From positions 1-11,153 of the IMG/VR virus record IMGVR_UViG_2541047938_000007: DNA of 11,153 nt. One strand, written 5' to 3'. Shown piece after piece: positions 1 through 8,254 of this stretch. The DNA comes from a virus. Lineage: Duplodnaviria > Heunggongvirae > Uroviricota > Caudoviricetes. Each line of letters starts with the position of its first letter. Position 1 is the stretch's first letter. The position numbers were made by a program, and so were the translations under genes. The notes beneath the pieces were generated by a model. The model did not search any database, was not told the DNA's origin, and saw only the letters and a list, made by a program, of their open reading frames with translations.

Positions 1-321
1 TCATATCGCTGGATTATCGTCTTCCACTGCACGGTTAATGAGATGTGTCAGAATGCCCTTCACATCCACCTCATCAAGAACCTCACCGTCAAGAACTTCA
101 CCATCTACCGTTATCAGTGCATCACCTCTACGCTTGGCAAAGTGACAGCCTCCTGAGTACGAAATCAGGTAGGTGCTATCTGGTGATGGCTTCATTCCCG
201 TTTCTATCACAGCAAACCCATGTGATGTCTCAATCACCAGGCTGTTAGCCGTGACGCCGCAGATAGTCTCTATGGTTAGCGTGCGTTCAATGTAGTCTTT
301 GGCTGGACTTGGAAACCTCAT
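1..321 (-). CDS. hypothetical protein (106 aa), distal gene of a putative SOS-regulated two-gene operon
   Basis: Complete ORF, ATG at 321..319 and stop at 3..1. Its start lies 1 nt after the stop (325..323) of the upstream 79-aa gene, suggesting translational coupling. Contains an internal DGEVLDGEVL duplication encoded by a 15-bp tandem repeat. No family recognised. Confidence 0.5.
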   Translation of the reverse strand: MRFPSPAKDYIERTLTIETICGVTANSLVIETSHGFAVIETGMKPSPDSTYLISYSGGCHFAKRRGDALITVDGEVLDGEVLDEVDVKGILTHLINRAVEDDNPAI

Positions 322-322
322 A

Positions 323-562
323 TCAAAGCCCTCCGTTCGGATTGTACATGAACCACGTCTTGTTCTCCCCGTGGTCAGGGGTGATGTCTTTGAAGCAGGT
401 GGTGTATCTGGCTATCCACTGATTTGCCTCTTCCAGGCTGAGATCCCAGTTGACGTTTAGTAGTTCCTGCACAAAATCAGCAGTTTTCACAATCCTGCGG
501 CCTGACCTTTCATGCACAATAGAGGCCCTGAAGGCAATCTCAATATCTGAACGACGCGGCAT
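323..562 (-). CDS. hypothetical small protein (79 aa), first gene of a putative LexA-regulated operon
   Basis: ATG at 562..560 preceded by GAGGTG about 7 nt upstream (minus-strand reading TTGAGGTGACTACATG). A LexA-box-like palindrome sits 22-37 nt upstream. No family recognised; not obviously DinI-like. Confidence 0.55.
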   Translation of the reverse strand: MPRRSDIEIAFRASIVHERSGRRIVKTADFVQELLNVNWDLSLEEANQWIARYTTCFKDITPDHGENKTWFMYNPNGGL

Positions 563-583
563 GTAGTCACCTCAAAATAAGCA

Positions 584-599
584 CTGTATACATATACAG
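584..599. promoter_or_regulatory. putative LexA (SOS) operator, CTGT-N8-ACAG
   Basis: Sequence cACTGTATACATATACAGca matches the E. coli LexA box consensus TACTGTATATATATACAGTA at 17 of 20 positions, with both CTGT and ACAG arms intact and an AT-rich centre. Lies in the divergent intergenic region, much closer to the 79-aa gene start (562) than to gtrA (678). Confidence 0.6.
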
Positions 600-677
600 C
601 ACATCTTATTCTGATAGTCGATCAAGTTGTCTGTTGGTGCTAAACTTCTGCCTTCTCAGAATTGACTGATTTTTCTA

Positions 678-1040
678 ATGTTAAAACTTTTTGCTAAGTA
701 CACATCGATTGGCGTACTCAACACGCTCATTCACTGGGTTGTGTTTGGTGTTTGCGTGTATGGACTATCAACAAGCCAGGCATTGGCTAACTTCGCTGGC
801 TTCGTCGTCGCAGTGAGCTTCAGTTTCTACGCTAATGCACGGTTCACCTTCAATGCTTCAACATCTACCCTGCGCTATATGCTCTATGTGGGCTTTATGG
901 GCACGCTGAGTGCTGCGGTAGGTTGGGCTGCTGACAGGTGTGGGTTACCGCCAATCGTCACACTGGTGGCGTTCTCAGCCATTAGCCTTGTATGTGGCTT
1001 TTTCTATTCTAAGTTCATTGTCTTTAGGGAAGCGAAATGA
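678..1040 (+). CDS. gtrA: GtrA, bactoprenol-linked glucose translocase (flippase) of O-antigen glucosylation systems
   Basis: 120-aa, very hydrophobic small protein with about four predicted TM segments. ATG at 678; stop overlaps the gtrB start (ATGA at 1037-1040). Size, hydropathy and sequence resemble GtrA/YfdG of serotype-converting phages (recalled). First gene of a three-gene gtr triad. Confidence 0.88.
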   Translation: MLKLFAKYTSIGVLNTLIHWVVFGVCVYGLSTSQALANFAGFVVAVSFSFYANARFTFNASTSTLRYMLYVGFMGTLSAAVGWAADRCGLPPIVTLVAFSAISLVCGFFYSKFIVFREAK

Positions 1041-1948
1041 AAATTTCTCTGGTCGTTCCGGTCTTCAATGAAGAGGCCACGATACCGATTTTCTATAAAA
1101 CGGTGCGAGAGTTCGAGGGGCTAAAGCAATACGATGTTGAAATCGTGTTCATTAATGACGGAAGCAAAGACGCAACAGAATCAATTATTAATGCGCTTGC
1201 TGTTTCTGACTCGTTAGTTACCCCGCTCTCATTTACCAGGAACTTTGGCAAAGAGCCAGCTCTGTTTGCCGGGCTTGAGCACGCTACTGGCGATGCTGTA
1301 ATTCCGATTGATGTTGACCTGCAAGATCCGATTGAAGTCATCCCTCACCTGATTGAGAAATGGCATTCGGGTGCCGATATGGTACTGGCAAAACGCTCTG
1401 ATCGTTCTACTGATAGCAGGCTTAAGCGTAAGTCTGCTGAATGGTTCTACAAGCTGCACAATAAAATTAGCTCACCAAAAATTGAAGAAAACGTTGGCGA
1501 TTTTCGTCTGATGTCTCGCGAAGTTGTCGAAAACATTAAGCAATTACCAGAGCGCAATCTATTCATGAAAGGCGTTCTTAGTTGGGTTGGTGGAAGGACT
1601 GATGTCGTCGAATATGCACGTGCAGAGCGTGTCGCTGGAGATTCCAAATTTAATGGCTGGAAGCTTTGGAACCTTGCCCTTGAAGGCATTACAAGCTTCT
1701 CAACATTCCCATTACGTATGTGGACGTACATTGGATTATTTGTTGCTGGACTTTCATTCCTTTATGGCGCATGGATGATTTTAGATAAGATTCTTTTTGG
1801 CAACAGCGTTCCAGGCTACCCATCACTACTCGTTTCTATCCTGTTCCTGGGAGGCATACAACTTATAGGTATAGGGGTACTTGGTGAATACATTGGAAGA
1901 ATCTATGTGGAAGTAAAGAACCGACCGCGATATATTAAGAAAGGTTAA
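1037..1948 (+). CDS. gtrB: GtrB, bactoprenol glucosyltransferase (GT-2 family)
   Basis: 303 aa. N-terminal GT-2 features ([15 protein letters not shown], DxD-like IPIDVDLQD) and C-terminal hydrophobic helices. Translationally coupled to gtrA. Typical GtrB/YfdH size and order. Confidence 0.9.
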   Translation: MKISLVVPVFNEEATIPIFYKTVREFEGLKQYDVEIVFINDGSKDATESIINALAVSDSLVTPLSFTRNFGKEPALFAGLEHATGDAVIPIDVDLQDPIEVIPHLIEKWHSGADMVLAKRSDRSTDSRLKRKSAEWFYKLHNKISSPKIEENVGDFRLMSREVVENIKQLPERNLFMKGVLSWVGGRTDVVEYARAERVAGDSKFNGWKLWNLALEGITSFSTFPLRMWTYIGLFVAGLSFLYGAWMILDKILFGNSVPGYPSLLVSILFLGGIQLIGIGVLGEYIGRIYVEVKNRPRYIKKG

Positions 1949-1952
1949 TTTC

Positions 1953-3320
1953 ATGAATATTAAGCTTGATGCTAAATTTTTATTCTTTGGTGCGCCATTA
2001 TTTTTTTATTTCCCTTTTATTATCAATGGTGTTTTATATAGAGATGATATAAATCGAGCAACAGAGAATTTTACATACTGGTCTTGGCTGGGAAGACCAG
2101 TATCAGATTTAATTTGGAAAGTCCTATCTTTAGGAGGTCAAGGACCACTCTTAGAACCATTGACGATTATATTATCTATTTTTATATTGGGTTTTTCAGT
2201 AAATCTGTTTTATCAAAAAACCAATCACTTATTTCATGACGCAGGTCCTTTTGTATATATTTTATTAGTAATATCTCCATTTTACACTCAAAATATTTCA
2301 TATCAATATGATGGCATAACGATGTCAATCGCAGTTGCATGCGCACTGATTGCCACAATTGTCACACTGAAAGAAAACTTAATATCATATTTAGTTCACT
2401 GCGCTTTGCTTGTTATAGCAATGTCAATTTATCAGACAACTCTAAATATGTTTGCAATCCTTTCTTTGGCAATTATTTTCGCGAAGACTTGCACACACAA
2501 AGCACTGCCATTGAAATATTTAGCATGCATCGCCTCATCTTTTGTTCTTGCGTTAATTTTATATAAATTTCTAATTATAGATGTATTTATTTCATCCTCA
2601 CGAAGTGACATATCACTAGACAATCTCCACACAAACTTCATTAACTTCTCATCAATTATAGCATCACCATTTAGAGGTTATTTAGTTTCAATATTTTATT
2701 GCATTGTCGCCTTATCTTTTTATTCTTTAATAAGAAAGAGAGGTGTTTTGATTGGAGTAACGTTCCTTTTCTTCTGTGTAATGGCATTCTGTTTAATTGC
2801 AGGTCCATTTATTTTACTAAAAGAAGGGATTGCAGAGCCTAGAATGTTATTAGGATTCTCACCATTTATATTTCTCTGCCTTTACCCACTTAGAGGGAGA
2901 ATCTCAACAGTATCTTCTGTGATAGTTTTTTCTGTATTTACAATAATATCTTACCAATGTGCCTCTTCAATTAAAACACAGAATGATTATGAAAAATCGC
3001 TTGCCATGCAATCCTCTCAGGAAATTATTAACGCGGTAAAGGAAAAGTCTTCAAAGGTTTATATACAAGGCGAATTTCCGCTATCAAAAATATCCAAAAA
3101 CTCTGCGGCGGATAATGAGTTCATTAACAAAATGATTGCCCCCTCCCCTTGGTATACAAGAATGTTAATTAACATTTATTATCCCGGAACTGTACACATT
3201 GATTGGAAGGGAAAATACTTATCTAGTCACGAATTAGAAAAATGCAATGTCTTAAAGAGTAATATCTTACTAACTATATATAACTGTAATAATATTACCT
3301 ACGTTGAAATTCACAAATAA
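1953..3320 (+). CDS. serotype-specific O-antigen glucosyltransferase (GtrC / type-specific Gtr family), polytopic membrane protein
   Basis: 455-aa ORF starting 5 nt after the gtrB stop. Highly hydrophobic N-terminal two-thirds with a more hydrophilic C-terminal domain. Markedly AT-rich relative to gtrA/gtrB, as is typical for the variable third gene of gtr operons. Exact type not recognised. Confidence 0.7.
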   Translation: MNIKLDAKFLFFGAPLFFYFPFIINGVLYRDDINRATENFTYWSWLGRPVSDLIWKVLSLGGQGPLLEPLTIILSIFILGFSVNLFYQKTNHLFHDAGPFVYILLVISPFYTQNISYQYDGITMSIAVACALIATIVTLKENLISYLVHCALLVIAMSIYQTTLNMFAILSLAIIFAKTCTHKALPLKYLACIASSFVLALILYKFLIIDVFISSSRSDISLDNLHTNFINFSSIIASPFRGYLVSIFYCIVALSFYSLIRKRGVLIGVTFLFFCVMAFCLIAGPFILLKEGIAEPRMLLGFSPFIFLCLYPLRGRISTVSSVIVFSVFTIISYQCASSIKTQNDYEKSLAMQSSQEIINAVKEKSSKVYIQGEFPLSKISKNSAADNEFINKMIAPSPWYTRMLINIYYPGTVHIDWKGKYLSSHELEKCNVLKSNILLTIYNCNNITYVEIHK

Positions 3321-3328
3321 ATAGTATT

Positions 3329-3351
3329 GTGCGCCGAAAAACTCGGCGCAC
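3329..3351. terminator. GC-rich hairpin between convergent gtr(type) and tailspike genes; putative bidirectional terminator
   Basis: GTGCGCCGA-aaaac-TCGGCGCAC, a perfect 9-bp stem, sits exactly between the gtr(type) stop (3318-3320) and the tailspike stop (3354-3356). Flanking U-tracts are weak. Confidence 0.45.
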
Positions 3352-3353
3352 TA

Positions 3354-5312
3354 TCATTGAGCTTGAGCCGTTAGTATTTGACCACCAGAATACGCAGTAA
3401 GACTAGTAATTTCATTAGCCAAAAGGACTTTGAACATATTTCGATCTTGACCAAATACAGCACCAGAAAAAAATGTACCAAGATTTCTATTTCCTCCGGC
3501 AGTAGGCATTCTTATAAATAAGTATGATGTTCCTTCATATGTCCCTGTAAACCAAGCATCATAATCTGCGAGAGATTGACTATCACAGTGAGCAGCTCTA
3601 ACTAATTTTGCGCGCGTAGAGATATTGCTGCCTACTGTATTAAAGTCATACGCTCCCGCTATGGGATTAAGATCTTGCCCGCTACGTAATGTATAAATAG
3701 TTCCAATGCACCCACGTCCACCATATTGCCCCCCCATAATGCGATAGTACGGACCCGCCGTTTGGTCTGGATTGGGTAGAGTCAAATCTCTACACATTGT
3801 TGTGCTAAATGTAGGAATGGTGGCCGTGCCTCCATCAAAACCGATAGTACTGAATGTTGCTGTTGTAGTATCATAAGCATTGCGCTGAGGCCACCCTGAC
3901 TCTGGTTTGTTACTATATATAATCTCAAACTTGGCACCATTTAATGTTCTAGATCTTGCCCCATTGCAAATGGTATCTGAACTACAAACCAGTTGCTTAA
4001 TGCTTACTTTTGAATAACCTGATATGTCAAACATATACGTCCCTGCAACTTGAGTTTGTGTATACAGTTGTAGGTTATTTATCTGTAAGTTTGCGCCAGT
4101 AGATTTAATTACAGTGCCATTATTATTCCTATTTGGCTGTTCACAACCTAGCGATGAAATGCTAAATGAACCACTATTAAATACAAATGGTGTACCCAAG
4201 CAATCATCTGAAGCTAGAGGTCCAACTTCACAATAAGACACTGACAATTCGAATGAACAGTAGTTTGAACGAAACACACTGCAATTTGCAATAGTGTAGC
4301 TCGTTCCTCCCTTTATAAAAAACCCTCCGTAAATTCCAGCATTATCAGATCCTTGAACAACTATATCTTTTACTGTAATAGCAACAAATGTATTACCACC
4401 AAAGTAGACACCCCACTTCATGGCGAGGATAAATAGATCACTTAATTCTTGGTAAACCGCTGTATTAGGCGTGTAATACCCATAGCTGTCTTCAGTCGTA
4501 TCAATTATCCTGAGACCGTGAATAACATTCCCACGCTTACCTTTATTATAAAACACCGCGTTCACATCCTGTGTGCTAACGCCTACTTTCCTGATTATAG
4601 ACCCCCTACCTTCACCAACAAAACGACTACCAGGTTGTTGGTAGTATAACTCATTATATACATCCTGAAGATCATATAAAATAACACTATCGGTAATAGT
4701 ATAATCTCCAACTGGAACAAAAATGATTTTACCAAACTGGGCAGACACCTTAGATGCTCTATTAAAAGCGAGTGTCCAATCAGGGTCTGAATCAAGTTTA
4801 AAATCCAATACCGAGATTAATTCAGCGTTTTTGTTATGCTGCGTTCTGCTTGCAGTCCCATCAAAAGGCTGCTTAACAGCAATAAGAGCATCTCCGTATT
4901 CAGGAGATGCCAACATCACCCTAAGAGATGAATCTCCAATGCCTACCCATGCTCCAGCGCCAACACCACCACTTGAATCTGGGGTCGAGCCTGCATTTAC
5001 AACTTTTGGAAGGTCACCATCCCAACGGTAATATTCACCGTCACCATCAGGTAACTTCCAGCGTAAAGCTTGATCAGCTTCAGTTAACGTATTGCCTTCC
5101 TGGAAGGAGTCCATCAAATTCCATCCCATGGATGATAGTTTTTCCTGATAGCGCTTTTCCATTCCATACCAGGTAAGGCGATCAACGCCGAATCTGTCTT
5201 TCCATACCTCATTTTCTTTGTCATTAGAAAGGTAGTCAAAGTTCTGAGAATTGTCGTATAAATCTTTTGCAGCAGCAGACCCCAGCGGATTGCCGGTATT
5301 ATAAGTAGTCAT
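3354..5312 (-). CDS. phage tailspike / tail fibre protein (receptor-binding protein, probable beta-helix O-antigen-recognising domain)
   Basis: 652-aa ORF, ATG at 5312..5310 with GAGG 6 nt upstream. Last gene of the minus-strand tail module, directly after the J-like gene. Gly/Ser/Thr/Asn-rich with beta-strand-like periodicity typical of tailspikes. The N-terminal about 150 aa resemble conserved anchor domains of enterobacterial prophage tail fibres (recalled, unverified). Confidence 0.65.
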   Translation of the reverse strand: MTTYNTGNPLGSAAAKDLYDNSQNFDYLSNDKENEVWKDRFGVDRLTWYGMEKRYQEKLSSMGWNLMDSFQEGNTLTEADQALRWKLPDGDGEYYRWDGDLPKVVNAGSTPDSSGGVGAGAWVGIGDSSLRVMLASPEYGDALIAVKQPFDGTASRTQHNKNAELISVLDFKLDSDPDWTLAFNRASKVSAQFGKIIFVPVGDYTITDSVILYDLQDVYNELYYQQPGSRFVGEGRGSIIRKVGVSTQDVNAVFYNKGKRGNVIHGLRIIDTTEDSYGYYTPNTAVYQELSDLFILAMKWGVYFGGNTFVAITVKDIVVQGSDNAGIYGGFFIKGGTSYTIANCSVFRSNYCSFELSVSYCEVGPLASDDCLGTPFVFNSGSFSISSLGCEQPNRNNNGTVIKSTGANLQINNLQLYTQTQVAGTYMFDISGYSKVSIKQLVCSSDTICNGARSRTLNGAKFEIIYSNKPESGWPQRNAYDTTTATFSTIGFDGGTATIPTFSTTMCRDLTLPNPDQTAGPYYRIMGGQYGGRGCIGTIYTLRSGQDLNPIAGAYDFNTVGSNISTRAKLVRAAHCDSQSLADYDAWFTGTYEGTSYLFIRMPTAGGNRNLGTFFSGAVFGQDRNMFKVLLANEITSLTAYSGGQILTAQAQ

Positions 5313-5326
5313 ATGGGCCTCATTAA

Positions 5327-5348
5327 CAAAAAACCTGCCAATGCAGGT
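5327..5348 (-). terminator. putative intrinsic terminator/attenuator between the J-like gene and the tailspike gene
   Basis: On the minus strand ACCTGC-attg-GCAGGT (6-bp stem, 5333-5348) is followed by UUUUUUG (5332-5327), then the tailspike RBS and ATG. Confidence 0.45.
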
Positions 5349-5369
5349 TAATGGAGATGTTATTAGTGA

Positions 5370-7592
5370 TTAAGAAATGTTGCCGGGGTAAGTGGCATTA
5401 TCATATTGATAGAAAGAGTCGCGATATTCTTTGGCTGTTACCTGACATGTTCCGTCAGACTGCGGTGATATCTCTGAGATTAGTGCACTGTAACCAACAC
5501 GTGAAGATTCGCAGAATATAAGACGTGGAGGTTCTATCGATTGATCATTCAGTATGATGCCAATGAACTCATCCTGTTCAGATACCGATAGTTCATAATC
5601 ACTAACTTTAGTAACTGGAAGCAGACCAGAAGCTGATCCATCCTGGTAGCGAATCAATGCGCGAGGATTGTTGAATGTCCAGTCAAGAGGCTCTGAAACT
5701 GTGAATGTCGTTACGCCGCCACTCGTACTCATATCATCGATCAATGTGCTTATTGTTTTGCTACCAGGAATGTCATCAGTAAACACAATTCTGTCACCTA
5801 CGCTATAGCAAAGTGCATCCATTTCCGTGGTCGTTGTATGGGTAAGACGCTGCTGCCTGTACTTCATCAGTCGTCGCATACCTATCTGATAAGCCCTGTC
5901 CTGGTCAAGAACACCATCAAGATCGTAATCTTCTATTTTCACTGGCGTAGGATTGTCAGACGTTCTGCACTGAACAGTCTCTTCAGCCCACGTAGTGCCG
6001 TTAATGTAAGTGACATCCACTCCATCATAATCATCGGCTGATGGTGCAACGAAGGCCGTTTGAAGCGCTTCTGTCATTTCCTGCGGACTAATTATTCCCG
6101 TCCACGTTTTTACCCCCTCCCTTCCCACTGAAGCCATACCGTCAGACAGCAGAAAATAGCTTTTACCTGCGTTAGTGACTTTCTGTAGCATTTCAAGCGC
6201 GGAAACTGAGTCGGTTGTTGCGTAATCGAAAAACTCGCTATCAGGCGTCCAGTAAGATGATTCCAGCATATCAATCACTTCGTTATCCATCGCAAGCCCT
6301 AACTCATTACCAATGTGGTAAAGCGCGCCTGAAATGCTCCTGGAAATACCGGAATCATAAATGCGTGTGGCGACTACGTTGACACGGCGATCAGACTGAG
6401 CGGCAAGCTTTCCACCTGTTTCGACTGAGACAGCCATAGTGGTTACACCAGAGTATGATGATGGTCTTGAAAGCAACCTCCCCCTTAATGACTGCCAGTA
6501 CATGTTATCCCTGCTGTTATCCTGGCCTTGTTCGTTCGTTCTCCTGCATCTAACCTCCACCAAACCGGCCGATGCCAGCGTGATACGTTCGGTAAAACCT
6601 AACCCATTAATATTTTGCTGATTGTAAGACCCAGTTTTGCTTGTCCATCCTGAACCCGAACCGTAAACACGGTACTGAATTTCCCACTGAACAATCCTGT
6701 TCTGCTTCTTGCCTTTCTTGTTATACCCGCAAATACCGTTAGCCAGGTCAACAACGCCGCCAACCAGGTCAGTTAGTCCCTGAATCACCTGAGGGTCTTT
6801 GAAAACATCGCCCATGTCAGTGATCGCATTCTGTAATCCTGACAGGTCAACATTTGCAAGACCGGTAGCAATCTCAATTTTTACGCCGTTAACCTGCGTC
6901 TCCATGTCTTCAAACAGGGAGTTTACTTTCACCAGTTTTTCGATGTCTGCATCATCAGGGGCAACACCAAACTGCTTTGCCGCGTCCATGTACTGGCGAA
7001 GCTTTTCACCACCCTGATCAAGTAAGGGCAGGAGCTTTGACAGGTCATTACCAAGGCTTTCGAGAATGGTTGTTTTTTCGGCGTTTGTTTTTATCTTACC
7101 AAGAGCATCGCTGATAGCGAGAAGTTGTTTATCAGGTGACTCACCGGCTAATTTTTTTGCGGATAATCCAAGCGCATCAAGCGCACCGACAGCTTCACCA
7201 GATTTATTTAAGACCGCATCACCAATCTTATCGCCAATATCTTTAAAGATATCGGCCATCTGGTCACCAGATACCCCAGCCTTTTCGGCTGCATACTGCC
7301 AAGCCAGCAGAGACTGAGTAGACATATTGAGCGACTTAGCCCAACGGTCTGTTTCAGTGATCTGTTTGGAAGTGGTTTTCAGCAGGTTATAACCAGCAAC
7401 GCCTACACCAATTGCCGCAGCGCTTGCTGCTGTCGCAAAAGCGGTGAACGCGGTGGCCGCAGCCTTGGCGTCGGATTGTACCTGTTTACGCCATTTTTGA
7501 GATGCTCGCTCAGACTGGCTTAGGCCAGAGACAAAACCACCAACCTTAGCAACAAGGTCGATAGTCAACGTGCCGAGGGATTTACCAGCCAT
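5370..7592 (-). CDS. tail protein: tape-measure-like N-terminal region fused in frame to a host-specificity (lambda J-like) region
   Basis: 740 aa. ATG at 7592..7590 lies 1 nt after the stop of the GT frameshift product, the expected tape-measure position. Residues 1 to about 290 are Ala/Lys/Gly-rich and coiled-coil-like, typical of a tape-measure N-terminus. From about residue 300 there are J-like motifs (LRGRLL...PSSY; AYQIGMRRL...FSVGDRIVFTDD; PPRLIFCESSRV), aligned by eye to the central part of lambda J. Confidence 0.65.
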   Translation of the reverse strand: MAGKSLGTLTIDLVAKVGGFVSGLSQSERASQKWRKQVQSDAKAAATAFTAFATAASAAAIGVGVAGYNLLKTTSKQITETDRWAKSLNMSTQSLLAWQYAAEKAGVSGDQMADIFKDIGDKIGDAVLNKSGEAVGALDALGLSAKKLAGESPDKQLLAISDALGKIKTNAEKTTILESLGNDLSKLLPLLDQGGEKLRQYMDAAKQFGVAPDDADIEKLVKVNSLFEDMETQVNGVKIEIATGLANVDLSGLQNAITDMGDVFKDPQVIQGLTDLVGGVVDLANGICGYNKKGKKQNRIVQWEIQYRVYGSGSGWTSKTGSYNQQNINGLGFTERITLASAGLVEVRCRRTNEQGQDNSRDNMYWQSLRGRLLSRPSSYSGVTTMAVSVETGGKLAAQSDRRVNVVATRIYDSGISRSISGALYHIGNELGLAMDNEVIDMLESSYWTPDSEFFDYATTDSVSALEMLQKVTNAGKSYFLLSDGMASVGREGVKTWTGIISPQEMTEALQTAFVAPSADDYDGVDVTYINGTTWAEETVQCRTSDNPTPVKIEDYDLDGVLDQDRAYQIGMRRLMKYRQQRLTHTTTTEMDALCYSVGDRIVFTDDIPGSKTISTLIDDMSTSGGVTTFTVSEPLDWTFNNPRALIRYQDGSASGLLPVTKVSDYELSVSEQDEFIGIILNDQSIEPPRLIFCESSRVGYSALISEISPQSDGTCQVTAKEYRDSFYQYDNATYPGNIS

Positions 7593-7593
7593 G

Positions 7594-8237
7594 CTATGTC
7601 CACTCCTGCATAGCCTGTTCCAGTGAAATGGAAGGCTCGTTAATGTGTGGTGTGAAGTCTGTTACTTTGAAGTGGGGTGAATCTTTTCCACGGTTGACGT
7701 TTGCCAGCACAGAAGAAATTAGGCCAGCGGCCCACTCGGTACGCATCATTCCGTTAAGGCTTCCGTACTTTTGACGGTAAAGAACCCAGTCGCGATACTC
7801 TGTAACGCTAACGCGTTCTTTTGCTTCAGCAATGGTGCGGCCGCCGATCCCGTTGAGAACTAATTCACACCAGAATTCGTCGTCTGCGCTGAGTTCGCCT
7901 TTCCCAGGTCGTTAACCTGCTGAATAGCGACAAGCAGAGCAACCGTAAGAGCACCATCGAGTGCGCCGCGCTCAGGATCTGCTTCACCAGTGATATCGGC
8001 AACAGTGAAAACTGGAGCGCCATTTTCATCACAGATGGATGCAGCGATACGCCCTGCTACACCATCAATTTTCCCCACCGCTGAAAGAACATTTGATACC
8101 GCGTCGTGATAACCCATTGGTCGGATATAAACGGTAGCTGTGATCTCTTTATCGCCCTGCTTCCAGGTGATTTCCTTCTCAACAGGACGACCAGTAAACG
8201 CCCCTGCCTGTTTTAACGAATCCAGATTCAGTTTCAT
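7594..8237 (-). CDS. tail assembly chaperone G-T fusion made by programmed -1 ribosomal frameshift
   Basis: The -1 frame stays open from the heptamer GGGAAAG (7905..7899, minus strand) for about 100 codons to a TAG at 7596..7594, which ends 1 nt before the next gene's ATG. This is the same arrangement and the same heptamer as lambda G/GT. Confidence 0.6.
7860..8237 (-). CDS. tail assembly chaperone (lambda gpG analogue)
   Basis: 125 aa, ATG at 8237..8235 with GAGAGGAAAG upstream. Sits immediately upstream of the tape-measure-like gene. Contains the slippery heptamer G GGA AAG 13 codons before its stop. Confidence 0.75.
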   Translation of the reverse strand: MKLNLDSLKQAGAFTGRPVEKEITWKQGDKEITATVYIRPMGYHDAVSNVLSAVGKIDGVAGRIAASICDENGAPVFTVADITGEADPERGALDGALTVALLVAIQQVNDLGKANSAQTTNSGVN

Positions 8238-8254
8238 TTCTTTCCTCTCAGTTT

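Noticed and set aside
45-248. Plus-strand 67-aa ORF antisense to the 106-aa gene
   Set aside because: His/Pro/Gln-rich low-complexity translation with no start context. The minus-strand gene is the better explanation, since it is coupled to its upstream partner and has an RBS.
600-677. Dam/OxyR phase-variation switch upstream of gtrA, as in Salmonella/P22 gtr operons
   Set aside because: Only one GATC (620-623) is present in the intergenic region; the known switch uses two pairs of GATC sites within OxyR half-sites. Not supported here, though not excluded without experiment.
1093-2641. Antisense or alternative-frame ORFs inside gtrB and the type-specific gtr gene (1093-1341, 1229-1459, 1447-1731, 1587-1778, 2339-2566, 2432-2641)
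   Set aside because: They lie wholly within well-supported genes on the opposite strand or another frame, have no RBS context, and show low-complexity or atypical composition. Likely spurious.
4449-7317. Short ORFs embedded in the tailspike and H'-'J genes (4449-4649, 4595-4795, 4723-5031, 4928-5176, 5838-6041, 6439-6621, 6799-7017, 7066-7317)
   Set aside because: They overlap long, coherent minus-strand genes and have no independent support.
5370-7592. The 740-aa protein as a native single-function tail protein
   Set aside because: Its two halves resemble two different, normally separate tail proteins (tape measure and J), and the neighbouring genes are also truncated. A deletion fusion is more parsimonious.
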